A DNA stretch of 62,951 nucleotides, counting the filler, from Salisapilia sapeloensis CBS 127946 (taxonomy: Eukaryota > Protista > Oomycota): the NCBI GenBank assembly GCA_023334545.1. It is 9 parts of 9 records of this genome, joined end to end, with 100 filler letters (N's around TTAATTAATTAA, not from the genome) between each part and the next. Parts side by side here need not be neighbours in the genome. Positions count along the whole stretch, not along the records: positions 47,444 to 49,197 come from JAADVB010001053.1; positions 49,298 to 55,727 come from JAADVB010000565.1; positions 55,828 to 62,951 come from JAADVB010000529.1; 6 more parts are not named here. One strand, given 5' to 3'. The notes below the pieces were generated by a model. That model worked only from the letters and a program-made list of their open reading frames with translations. It was not told the origin of the DNA and did no database searches. Of this stretch, positions 48,219-59,967 are shown piece by piece. Made by a program: the position numbers and the translations under genes. The first letter of the stretch is position 1; each line of letters begins with the position of its first letter.

Positions 48219-49004
48219 CTACGTCGTCGTGTACGTGACAACAGATACAGCATCGTTACCGCTGTGGTGCAAAACATTTTCAAGTTGAGGGTTCTCTTCA
48301 ATATACGCCAGATATTCTGGAGCCCCAGGCACCAGCACGTTGTCGGCCAAAATAACGGACCCAGACTGAATATATCCCTCGTCCATCATCGTCTTGGTAT
48401 CCTTCGGGTACGCCTGCTTGTCATGGTCCAACAGGACCATCTACACATCCGCGTGAAACGTCAAGTGAATATGTAGATGTCATGTACGCATGTATACAAG
48501 TGACCGACGTACATCAACGACTTTGCCTTGTAGGATCTTGTGCTTCTCTGCAAATTCACCCTCTACGACAGTTATAATGTCGGAGAGGCCAGCATGATCG
48601 ACCACCTGTGTGTTCATTTTAGGGATGGTAGACTTGGCCCCTACAACAAAACTATACAAATATACCTCACGAATCAGCTCCGCAAGACTTTCGTGCTGCT
48701 CGAACGAATAGTACTGGATCTTTCCTACTTCCGGAGCAGCGTTACGCATAACATCCGCGAAACGAACCGCACTATAGACGAAGAAACCGCCAAGTTCGAC
48801 CATCACCTGCGGCTTTCTCTTCCGAATCTCTTCGTCACAAATGCTCCCCTTCTCCGTACCAACGTTCATCATGGGATGCGTCGAGCAGTACTCGTCGGCA
48901 GCAGAGATGACGGATGCAGGATCACCGCGCGTAGCATGCTTTTTGATGTACTTGGTTACCTTTTGCACTTGAGGCAAAAGCTTTGTTTCAATGTGTGCTG
49001 CCAT
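48219..49004 (-). CDS. Catechol O-methyltransferase-like SAM methyltransferase, 3 exons
   Basis: MNVGTEKG, VELG..YSAVR, VLLDHDK and GSVILADNVLVPGAPEYLAYI. Two GT-AG introns. Confidence 0.85.
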
Positions 49005-49197
49005 TATTCTTTGTGATGCTTCAAATGCACGCTCGTAGTGTGATGGAATGCAGTCTCGACGTAAAAGCTTGACATGCAGTCATCTTGGTGAGCTGCAAGA
49101 ATGTTGGTAAAGATTATGCAATCGACAAAGTACCTACCCTAGTGACAACATGTGAGCACCTCAGCAAACGTTCGTCAGAATTTGGAAGCTTCCGCCA

Positions 49198-49297
49198 NNN
49201 NNNNNNNNNNNNNNNNNNNNNNNNNNNNNNNNNNNNNNNNNTTAATTAATTAANNNNNNNNNNNNNNNNNNNNNNNNNNNNNNNNNNNNNNNNNNNN
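49198..49297. other. Artificial contig linker
   Basis: N44-TTAATTAATTAA-N44. Confidence 0.99.
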
Positions 49298-49420
49298 CGC
49301 ATCCGAGAGCTCCAGGCCGACCCTGCGCACATCGACCGCGTCCTCGAAGACGGCGCAGAGAAAGCTGGCGCCATGGCCGTCGACACCTTGCAACAAGTAA
49401 AGCAACGCATGGGCTTATAA
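49298..49420 (+). CDS. C-terminal 40 aa of bacterial-type (mitochondrial) tryptophanyl-tRNA synthetase
   Basis: Manual translation RIRELQADPAHIDRVLEDGAEKAGAMAVDTLQQVKQRMGL*; not in the ORF track. Confidence 0.75.
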   Translation, partial: RIRELQADPAHIDRVLEDGAEKAGAMAVDTLQQVKQRMGL

Positions 49421-50627
49421 TCGTCATGAGCATCTATTCTTTCTTTCTGAAGTGTTAAGACTTAATCGACAAAGTTTCTATCCTTCGACTGTAGTGAAGA
49501 GCTCGTAGAACCTTTGTGTAGTGTATAGTAGTCTTCATCGTTGGATGGTGACATGTAGAAATATCGTGGATGAGATCGTACTTGTCTGCTGTCATGTTGT
49601 CTGGGATGAAGCGATGGAAGATCCTTCCCGTATTCCTTTCTTGGTCTGCTCTACGGCTTGTGTATGTTCGTATGTCGAGTACGCGAGGGTAGATGAAGGA
49701 ATGTATGCATCCAGGTAGATCCTGTCTGGCGAGTGGCGACAGGAATAAAGAAGAGGTAGGAAGGTAGAACGCTTAGGACTTGCATGGCGGATGGGACGGA
49801 ATGTCTTGGAAGGAGGAATGTTTGTACACGTACGCACTCGTGTACGTAGAAAGGATGATAGGACAGACATGAACATGGAATAGGAAGGAATATAACGAGG
49901 TAGGAGGACCGTGAGAAAGAAAAGGAAATACCAATCCATCGAAAGAATGTATAGATATTTATTAGGATAAGTACAAGAAATGTTTATGTGTATATGAATA
50001 GAAGAGAAGGACGTGGTAAACGTCTTTAATCGCATGGAATCATGGTTTCTCTGCAAACTGCATGTCCGAGCTAAAGGCAGGAGTATAGTGAGATTATGGG
50101 GAAAGCTACGTGTCTGGGAATGACAACATATCGCTCTGAATGTAACCTTCCTAGTGATCTTGAGTCGAAGAAGTACTAGGTAGTATAGTGCTTACAAACT
50201 ATCTGGTCTATGGAACTATCCGAGCACATCTACCTAGTGTCGGTACTTGCCTGCTACAGCTCATCTGACCACTACCATCCCATACAAAAACCAAGATGAA
50301 AGGTAGATTTCATATCCGTGCATCTACATTCGCAATATGGTGTAATTACCCAAAAGTAACATGTTCACATACATCCTACGACGCTCTCCTATCGTCCTAC
50401 GTACACAATAATGCGGCAGGAAGCACACACACACAGTAGCGGACATGGCATCGCGCGTAGCTCTTCGCGGTGCCGACAAATCGGCCGGCTCTCTGTCTCG
50501 TTGAAACGCCGTCTGTTTATACAAACACCAAGTGAATCGACAAGTTATTTTCTGGGCAACGCTCACTTTTCCTTTTTCCTTCGTTGACGTTAGGGACGCT
50601 CGAGTAGATCTCCCGCGCATTCTTTCG

Positions 50628-53247
50628 ATGCAAGCGATACAAGAGTACCAGCAAAAGCTGAATGATCTTGTCAGTAATGAAGTAGGCCATTGTATTTATA
50701 TAACGTCGATTTTATTTTTCCTCACGCACGTGATAGCATGCGGACAAGCGGCCGCCTCTCGAGTCGCAACCGACTTTTGACAAGAATTGTATGAAGGAAG
50801 GATACCTTCAGAAAAAAGGGCAACGATTGAAAGGTTGGAAGCGCCGGTGGTTTGTCTGTGATGGGCATAATCTGGCCTACTATGCCAGTCGTCGAGATAA
50901 AAAGCCGAATGAAGTGATTGCCTTGGCAGGATGTGCTGTCCAGGATGGAGGGCGTAGTGAGACATGGAACTCGCCGCGTATTTACCTCACGGATGGTGCG
51001 ACGGGGGTCATGTACTGTTTGTCAGCAGAGGATGCCAAGGAAGTGAAAGAGTGGTTGCAAGTACTGCAGAACGCTGTATCCAAATTAAAAAAGACCGAGC
51101 AACCGGTCAAGAGACCGAGTGCAAAGGGTTCTCCCACCAAGAGAGCGAGTGCAGTCATTTCGGCAGTCAAACCTTCGCCGTCGAAGGAAATGTCGAGCCC
51201 GTCACATCGTCGACAGACGTCTCCGTCGATCGAGAATGATCTATCGAGCGGTTTATCGCAGTTGGAAGGCCTTTTGAAAGAAAAGAAAGCAAACTTTCGA
51301 CCGGTAGATGCGAAAGACGGAGTGATCCAAAGCATCGGACTGGATGAACGAAGTGGTCGGATTGTAGGCAAAGCACGCACGGTGCTTCCGATCTCATCGG
51401 ATGTCGCGGCGTACCTTCTGACGGACCACCATAAGCGCAGTGAATGGGATACGCAATTCCCCGTGTCGTCTCACGTTGCTGCCTTTGACGATAGCACGTC
51501 TCTAGTGCACTTATCGTCTGGTGAGATCCGTTCGATGCCTCCAGTCATGTCTCCTGCCATGGCTGCCATGGGATCGACGATCGCTGGGGCAGTCGTACCG
51601 AATCTACCGATCTTGTCGTCGCTACTATCTGTCGTTGGCTTAACGAGCGACTCGACACTGACGAACATGATCGCAACGGGCGTGTTTGGCTCCTTGGCGA
51701 ATCAACTGGACTATAGCAGCTGGACCAAGCCGCGAGACTTATTACTGCTGCGTCACGTCAAGGAAGAGACGTCGTCTTTGCAGGGCGAGACAGGGGAAGA
51801 GATCCTCGCTGCGATGAAAGAGAATGACGATAGCGAAGTGTCTGTCGTTCTGATCTTGGAAAAGTCCGTCGCGAGTGACTTGAAGCCAGTGGCAGACGAC
51901 GTCATCCGCGCGCATGTAGGTCTCAGCGGATGGCTGCTAGAGCCAGTTGACCATGGCGACAGCACGCTCGCGACGTTCGTGACGGACGTGGATCTAGGTG
52001 GGTGGCTGCCGACGTCGTCCCAACGCGCTTTCCTAGAGCAGCGTCTGCATAACGTCGCGGTGCTACGGGAGTACGTGAAGCAGAGCCGACTTGCCGGTGC
52101 CGACTTGGGTCTAGATGAAGACGAAGGTGTGTCGGAGAACCTGGTGGCCATGTCCGGCGAACAAGGTGTCTTCCATCCGAAGGAATACGCTCGTGGCATG
52201 GTGCGTATGCCTACCGGCGGTCTTAAACTCGTAGACAAGGAAGTCGCGAAGAAACAGAGCGGTGTGCTCAAGGACGTGATGAAGAGCGCAGGCGCCAAGA
52301 TGCTGGAAGGCAAGTCGGCCGTGAGTCTCTCGCTTCCCGTTCGTATCTTTGAGCCGCGGACGAACTTGGAGCGTGTCGTCGATTTGTTTTTATACGCACC
52401 AACGTTCTTGCATAAGGCTGCAGAGGCAACGGATCCCGTCGAACGCTTTAAATACGTCATGGCATTCGCTGTCGCTGGTCTTCACCACGGTGTCGGTCAG
52501 CTCAAACCGTTTAATCCGATCTTAGGAGAAACGCTACAGACGTCATTGGATGACGGGACGCAAGTCGCTTGTGAACATACTAGCCACCATCCTCCTATCA
52601 GTCACTTTTGCCTTCGTAACGATGAGTTCCGAGTGTCTGGTCACGTCCTTTGGCACGCATCTTTTAGTGTCAAGAGCAATGCGTTGATGCAGACGAATCG
52701 TGGTCCTGTCCGCGTCGCGTTCCAAGACTCGCTCGTGACGTACAACCTTCCGTACCTTCAATTCGGTGGTTTCTTATGGGGTGAACGTACGGTCGACATT
52801 GGTGGTTCGATTCATTTTGAAGATAAGAAGAACGGATTGACTTGTGAGCTCAAGTTTAATCCTGATGAAAAGAAAGGGATGGGTGGTATGTTTGCTCAAG
52901 CGAAGACACCGTCGGATGCGTTTCGAGGTGTCATTCTTGAGAATGGGACGAAGGAAGTGGCGGAAGTGAGTGGTAGTTGGTTGGATGAATTGCGATGTGG
53001 TGAAAAAGCGTATTGGACGATGAATAAGGAACCGAGTGGGCAGATCGTGCCGTGGGAAGATAAGAATTTGCTACCGAGTGACTCGAGGTATCGAGAGGAT
53101 TTGAGGTACTTGGAGAAGAACGAGCTGGATGTCGCGCAGGAGTGGAAGGTCAAGCTGGAAGTGTTGCAACGAGCGGATCGGAAGCTCAGGCAGGATGGTC
53201 GACGTCCGAACCATTGGTCGTTCAAGGAAGAGAGCAAGGGGCATTAG
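50628..53247 (+). CDS. ORP1: Oxysterol-binding-protein-related protein ORP1 (PH-START-ORD), 2 exons
   Basis: PH (KEGYLQKKG...WKRRWF...WLQVL), START-like (RSEWD, SGWLLEP, DLGGWLP) and ORD (KPFNPILGET, EHTSHHPP). Upstream exon 50628-50681 splices in frame via intron 50682-50736. Confidence 0.92.
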
Positions 53248-53340
53248 TTTAAAATACATCTTGACTTGAATTGGCATCCAAGGGTCTTGGTAGATGTTGG
53301 GAGGTGGGGTGTTGAGTGTATCTGATGCGGAGATAAAGAT

Positions 53341-53346
53341 AAAAAA
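53341..53346 (-). terminator. Pol III T6 terminator of tRNA-Gln
   Basis: TTTTTT on the minus strand immediately 3' of the tRNA. Confidence 0.75.
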
Positions 53347-53347
53347 G

Positions 53348-53419
53348 AGGTCCTACCGGGATTTGAACCCGGATCGCTGGATTCAGAGTCCAGAGTGCTA
53401 ACCATTACACCATAAGACC
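53348..53419 (-). tRNA. tRNA-Gln (anticodon CTG)
   Basis: GGTCTTATGGTGTAATGGTTAGCACTCTGGACTCTGAATCCAGCGATCCGGGTTCAAATCCCGGTAGGACCT. Full cloverleaf, no intron, TATA-like run 25-33 nt upstream. Confidence 0.97.
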
Positions 53420-55037
53420 TTATACTTCAATATGGTAAAAGGTTATATATAAATTATAAAAAATTGTATAGGTTTCCATGACCACTTTAGGCTTGGAATG
53501 GGAAGAGTACATGTTAGATTGAGGTGTCTCGAGCTGCAGGTTTTAGGTTTTAGTAGTGTAGAATGATGATATAGAGAGATTGCATTGGTGGTGTGTGGTG
53601 GTGGGAAGAAGTTGTTATGGCTTGGATGAATACTTGTTGTACGTTTATTTGCTTTGTTGTTGTCGTGATATGGTGGATGGGCAAATAGCTTGTAGCCTCG
53701 GTTTTAATTATAACTGCAGGGAGTTTCCAAGATTTATTCAGGATATGTGGATGCTTTGCGGGGAGGTCATGCTAGCTGCAAATAGAGGATATGATCTTAC
53801 GTTGTTGACGAATTCAAATTTCCAACGCTGTCTCACTTCCATTCGTAAGCATCATTCAAACACAAAGGTTGAACGTGGACGCCATACTGTACAAAGTAAA
53901 AGAATGCGGATTAGCGTAGGATGGTGAAACTTTGAGATGCTTGGAAAGAGATAGAACAGAGTTTGCAACTCGTATGATTACTTGGATGATCAGAACTGTC
54001 TGCTGGACCCGAGACTTCAACAAGTCCACTCTACTTTTTCGTTTCTACAGGGACTTCTGTAGAAACAGCACAGCTACTTGCTCTACAGTTTGCATCGAGG
54101 AGTAGTAGGATGAGACTTTCTCGTCGTTAAACGGATATCTGAGAATTAGTTGAACATTCGATAGCAATTAGACGAAAATGGTAGCACGACAGACATGCAT
54201 GCTTTTCAGTCTAATTCTAGGTGATTATGTCCAGAGATAAGAATGATGAAGTGAGAGACTACAGAAACCACTTAAAGTCAATACCGATGCAGAATTAATG
54301 TTGTATGTACAAGATTAAAGAAGGTTAAATTGATAAAATCAATCGGTGCCGGATTGCTTCTCGTCGCAACTTGGAAGTTACCCTCGGTACCTTCTACGCA
54401 CGGATATAAGATACACTTTTAAATGATTCAAACGACTTCAATTAAAGTCATGATTAACGATGCAATCCAACGAGAACTCTTCAAAAACACTTGTCAAGGA
54501 GCATATACATAAAATATTTAGAATAGTCCCTTGCGTACCTCCTTCCGAGGTCTTCATAAAAACCATGGGCCGGACAAAATCTGATAATAAACATTATAGT
54601 CTTATACAGCGACCATGTCGGCTTGCAATGAGGAGCTACAGTACAAAAGGCGTGGGGATTCAAAGCAATTTTTGGTCAAGTTACTTTCTGAAGCGGATAC
54701 ATTCGATAACTTTCTGACCAGCTCATATCGTACATTTAGATATCGCGTAGTACTCACGAACAAGCAAAGTATCCAGGAACCTGGCGATGCCGTGCTATTC
54801 CGGACAAACAACTGTGTCTGACGTCTTCTTTAAGAACTTGAAAGTGATGTCCTGATACTACAATAGGCTCATTTTCAACTTATTAATCGATTAAAGATCA
54901 GCAAGCTGTTTATCTGTTCTTGGAAAGCAAATGGAGATCGCACGAGCTTAAGGGCCACCCTTCCATGCCAGCTCGTTTGCTTTTTATTTTCCAATTTGCT
55001 TTGGCAGTGACATCCTGAAAACACAACAGCTATAACT

Positions 55038-55727
55038 ATGAAGGTTACCAGTGTGATCATAGCCTCGGCCCTTGCGGTGCACCAAGTAAGTGCCCACGGC
55101 TATCTCTCTCAGCCAAAGGCTGAATTCTTGCCCGACTGGATGTACACGGATATGGTTGGCGAAATTAATGCAAACACTGACCCGGATGCCTTTGGTGGTC
55201 TCCAGTGGAACCGTAGCCCGGATCAGAACGCGGAAGTGTTCACCCAAGCCTTTCCCAACTCCAAGTACAGCAATCTGAAGGAGATGATCGATGCAAACTA
55301 CCAAGGTTGTGGTCCTTCGAACCCGGACAACAGCCCGGTCGATGTCAGTGGCATTAGCTCTATGACATGGCAGAACAACGAGTACCAGGAAGGTTTCCTC
55401 GAATCTCACACCGGTCCATGTGAGGCGTGGATCGACGATCAAATGGTCGCCCAGGACATGAACTGTGCGAGAACATACACGGGTTACCCTGCCGAGATCC
55501 CGATCGACTATTCAGCTTGCTCTGGCACGTGCGAATTTAAGTTTTACTGGCTCGCTCTTCACTCGCCGGAGTGGCAGATGTACAAGAATTGCGTGAAGAT
55601 TCAAAATGGAGCCGGCGGTGGCAACACCATGGCGGATGATGCTAATGCTGCTGGCAACGGACAAGCCCCTGCTGGCGACGGACAAGCCCCTGCTGGCGAC
55701 GGACAAGCCCCTGCTGGCGACGGACAA
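55038..55727 (+). CDS. Secreted copper LPMO, AA17-like, with (GQAPAGD)n tail, 3'-truncated
   Basis: Signal peptide ending VSA followed by His1 (HGYLSQP), SHTGPCEAW and FYWLALH...WQMYKNCV. Confidence 0.85.
55659..55727 (+). repeat. 21-bp coding tandem repeat (GGACAAGCCCCTGCTGGCGAC)n
   Basis: At least three units running into the gap. Confidence 0.9.
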
Positions 55728-55827
55728 NNNNNNNNNNNNNNNNNNNNNNNNNNNNNNNNNNNNNNNNNNNNTTAATTAATTAANNNNNNNNNNNNNNNNN
55801 NNNNNNNNNNNNNNNNNNNNNNNNNNN
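55728..55827. other. Artificial contig linker
   Basis: N44-TTAATTAATTAA-N44. Confidence 0.99.
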
Positions 55828-56536
55828 AGCATGACTACATCCATCAGCGTCCACTGGGATCATTCCCAATGCTTCATCTATTCATTCGTCTGGCTTAAGG
55901 ATCTACGGATGCATGGCGAAGTGGTATGAGTCTCAAGCCGAGTGCAGTACTCTCACTCGAGCACTCAATCCACGATAGCGATAGCATATTTGCTCTACTG
56001 TCGGATGATAACCTCCTGTCTTTCCATCTCCCTTCCTGCCAGCACACCCTCACTCCACTGCTTGATCTCCTTCGCCAAATCCTCTGCACGAGTCTTTTGG
56101 ATGTTGTGACCTCCTTCTGAAGACTCAAGCCGCGAATTAGTCAACATGATCTACGCTGACCAGACCGTAAGTCTAGAGACTAGTTTCGGTCTACACTCGT
56201 CAAAGCATCCCACAGTCGAATCAAGAAGACCATGACTAAATACGATCTGGCCGAAACCTTCCGTCATAAAGTATACAAAGAAGACTATGTACACATTCCA
56301 TCCCAACTAGACATTTGATACTGTTGTACAAGAGTATATGATGCTGCAAGCTACGTCTTAAAAGTACATTTCCACGACTCAACTAGGCAAATGGAGTAGC
56401 TGAAAACTTAGCGACATCATGTCTGCTGGGACGGATGCATCTCCGAATCGTTTATCTTGTACGAGTCATACAAATCCTAAGTACATTGCCCTCTTCGGAT
56501 CGCAAACCCCAAAAGCGTCAAGAGCCACCAAGGAAG

Positions 56537-58218
56537 ATGAGCCGAGTCCAGGGCATGAACCCGAACGCGGAGATCGTAAGCAAGTCCCAGGCATTGCAAG
56601 TCAATGTGAGTGCCGCCAAGGGTCTCCAAGGTGTACTCAAGTCGAACCTCGGTGCGTACACTTTGTTCTAACGACCAGTGGATCGAAAATCTTAGTATGA
56701 AAAATAGGACCGAGAGGCACACTCAAAATGCTTGTGGGTGGCGCTGGACAAATCAAACTCACCAAAGATGGCAACGTCTTGCTGCATGAGATGCAGATTC
56801 AGCACCCGACGGCTGCGCTCATCGCTCGCGCCGCGACGGCACAGGACGATATCACTGGAGACGGCACGACGTCGACCGTTCTTTTCATCGGAGAGCTTTT
56901 GAAGCAAGCAGAGCGTTTCTTAGCAGACGGTCTCCACCCTCGTATCTTATCGGAAGGCTTTGAACTCGCTCGTGAGAAGACGTTGGAAGTCTTGGACTCG
57001 ATGAAAGAGTCCCACGAGGACATTCTAAAGGACCGAGAGCTCCTGTGCTCCGTCGCGCGAACGTCGTTGCGTACGAAATTGGATGAAAAGATGGCAGACC
57101 AGCTCACTGGCATCATCGCTGATGCCATTGTGACGATTGCCAAGCCAGGCAAGCCTGTGGACCTACACATGGTCGAGCTCATGCACATGCTCCATCAGAG
57201 CAGCAGCGACACCAAGCTCGTGAAAGGCCTGGTCCTCGACCATGGGTCGAGACACCCGGATATGCCGAACATGGTCGAGAACTGCTACATCATGACGTGC
57301 AACGTGTCGCTCGAATACGAGAAGAGTGAAGTGAACTCTGGCTTTTTCTACAACAGTGCGGACCAAAGAGAGAAGATGGTCGAGGCTGAGCGTCAGTTCA
57401 CGGACGCCAAGGTCAAGCAGATCATTGAGCTCAAGCGAGAGCTATGTACGGAAGAGAACGGCAAGGGCTTTGTCATTATCAATCAAAAGGGCATCGACCC
57501 GCTGTCGCTCGATATGCTCGCCAAGGAAGGTATCCTCGCCCTGCGTCGTGCCAAGCGACGTAACATGGAGCGTCTGACGCTCGCATGTGGCGGCATGCCG
57601 ATCAACTCGACGGACGACATGGACGAGTCGATGCTCGGATACGCCGGACGTGTGTATGAGCAGACGCTCGGGGAAGAGAGGTATACGTTTGTGGAGGACG
57701 TGCAGCACCCGCAGTCGTGCACGATCCTCATCAAGGGTCCGAACGAGCACACGATCGCGCAGATCAAGGACGCCGTGCGTGACGGTCTTCGTGCGGTCAA
57801 CAATGCCATTGAGGACAGCGGCGTGGTGCCTGGTGCCGCTGCCTTCGAGCTCGCGGCGAACGACGCTTTGCTCAAGTACAAGAACGAGGTCAAGGGCCGC
57901 GCCAAGCTTGGTGTGCAGGCGTTCGCTGACGCGTTGCTTGTGATTCCGAAAGTGCTGGCAGAGAACTCTGGTCTGGACTCGCAAGACACGTTGATTGCAG
58001 TGCAGGAGGAGCGAGCAGAGAGCGGTGAAGCCGTGGGCATGGACTTGTTTAGCGGCGAGCCGATGCTTCCGGCCCAAGAAGGTGTGTTTGACAACTTCCG
58101 TGTGAAGCGGCAGTTCATTCAATTGGCGACGACACTTGCGTCCCAGTTGCTCTTGGTGGATGAAGTCATGCGAGCTGGTAAGCAAATGGGCGGCGGAGGC
58201 ATGCAGCAAGAGCAGTAG
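56537..58218 (+). CDS. CCT6: Chaperonin CCT/TRiC subunit zeta, 2 exons
   Basis: Exon 1 [12 protein letters not shown]...[11 protein letters not shown], intron 56652-56707, then [27 protein letters not shown] and [13 protein letters not shown]. Confidence 0.97.
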
Positions 58219-58258
58219 ATAAGAGGAACGGAATACCATTTTCTTTGAAAGCGACTTG

Positions 58259-58760
58259 TTAATGGATGAAGAGGAGGTAGAAGACGAGTAAGTCGGTCAG
58301 GCTCAGGAGGATAATGACACCCCATAGACATACCTAGGAAATAGGATGAGAGAAAGTGAGGGGAGTAGAGGGTAGAGCGTACTTTTTGTCGACGAGCTCG
58401 ATCGGAGATGAGGTGTAGGAGCTGTCGGACGCGGCCAGTTGTGTCCGATGTCTCGGATAGCATACCCCTTACGTCTTGGATCTGTCCTCGCTGCATCTCC
58501 ATGTCGACCATGACATTCTTGGCAACTTCCTCCGACTCGTTGATACTCCGCTGCGTCTGCTGTAGCCGATCGGACGTCCTCATAAGCGTTTGTACGCTCT
58601 GCCATCGCGCTTATTAGTCTCTATGATGCTCTATATGTGCAATAATTAAGATATGCACCCGGTCGGATCCGTAGAACGTATTGTAGTTGGATTTGGCATC
58701 GGAAGGTGATCGATTCGGGCCTTTGCTACCAGCGTAGGCATCCCGGAAGCTGCCCTCCAT
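58259..58760 (-). CDS. Short Qb-SNARE (Vti1-like SNARE motif plus TM anchor), 3 exons
   Basis: TSDRLQQTQRSINESEEVAKNVMVDMEMQRGQI...RQLLHLISDR splices to a hydrophobic tail VCLWGVIILLSLTDLLVFYLLFIH*. Confidence 0.75.
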
Positions 58761-58878
58761 CGTTCCGATCACTCGAGTATCTGATTCGCATCGGATGATG
58801 AAGGAATAGATTTAGTATGGAGAGTAAATTGGATACGAGTGTATGTTTATCGGACACAAAAAAGCATTTGGAGCTGGT

Positions 58879-59880
58879 ATGAGCTTCGGACGGACGAATT
58901 ATCGGAATGGAGGCACACGAGGAGGAGCTGATCGTATGTTTGTGTGCTTATGTAGTTGCTAGATGTCGTAGAACTTATGTGTGCGAATATTAGAGTTCCG
59001 ATGGGAAGATGTGAAGAATGACAAGTATCGAGAGAATTATCTAGGTCATTCTCTCCATGCTCCTGTCGGTCGATGGCAAAAAGGTGCCTTGATTGTGATT
59101 TTGGAATATGCCAGGACCCATGTAGTAATCATGGCGTAGATAAGGACTTGACATGGTATAATAAGACGAGCACACGAGCCGCGAGTCTCCAGTCGGAGTT
59201 GGCAATGGCCAAGCAGCGAGATGAGGACATGATGAACGAAGCATTGTATGCTCCTTTCTGAAAACTACTTTATTCCTCATACTTACCTCTTATCTATCCA
59301 CAGAGGCATTGCTCCTCGTCGCCCGAAGGAACCATCGCAAGAGCTGAACGCATATGAAAAGCAGGAACTGCTTAAGAAAGGGAATGCCGAGCGAGACGAG
59401 CTGGATATCGAGCGAGTGCAAGGTCTCGGAGCAGCTCCGACATCCGGTGGGAGTAGCAGGAAAAGAACGATGGCTGAGGAGTATCAAGACAAACTGAATA
59501 GTGGTCAGCAGGACGACACGCATCGTCTTCCAGGTCAGTCTCATTCGCCACTAGTAGACGAAGAGACTGGAGAAGAGATGGACGTGAAGAAGATGAAAAA
59601 GCTGCTGAAGAAAGAGAAGAAAGCAAAGAAGAAAGCGAAGAAGAGAGCGAAGAAAGAAGCGAGGGGGAAACAAACGGAGGCGTCGCAAGCAGACACTAGT
59701 CATGGCGACAGATCTCGAGACCGACGGACGACACGGTCTAGGTCACCAGCTCGTCGCAGTCGACAGGACTCGAGATCGAGATCGCCGAGATCTCGTCGTC
59801 GACATGAGTCGAGATCTCGTTCTCGATCGAGAGACCGAAGTCGTCGATCTCGATCGAGCTCGTACCATCGCCGCAGATAA
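58879..59880 (+). CDS. MMTAG2/C1orf35-like (MMtag domain) protein with Lys-rich and RS-rich tail, 4 exons
   Basis: Spliced N-terminus [27 protein letters not shown]...GRWQK.KDLTWY and C-terminal RSRSR repeats. Confidence 0.85.
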
Positions 59881-59967
59881 CTCTATACACACCTCTTCCT
59901 TTTCACTCGCCCTCTAGATGACGTCTGACGTTGGAACGGAGGTTTATTGTATCGTTGCATGTCTAGA

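Noticed and set aside
44473-49420. Apparent secondary-metabolism or wall cluster (Gly-rich protein, ADH, CBM1 protein, COMT, TrpRS)
   Set aside because: The genes sit on four different contigs joined by linkers, so adjacency is not evidence.
49592-50056. 154-aa minus-strand ORF in purine-skewed DNA
   Set aside because: Low complexity, no motif and no consistent splice model.
50424-50435. Short (CA)n run
   Set aside because: Too short to be meaningful.
53970-54145. U3 snoRNA identity for the hairpin cluster
   Set aside because: Box-like words are in the wrong order and Box A/A' is absent; kept only as a generic candidate.
57442-58239. 265-aa and 211-aa antisense ORFs over CCT6
   Set aside because: Shadow ORFs of a highly biased gene.
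59700-59880. TCGAGATC/TCGATC-rich repeats
   Set aside because: Explained by the Arg/Ser-rich tail of the MMtag protein.
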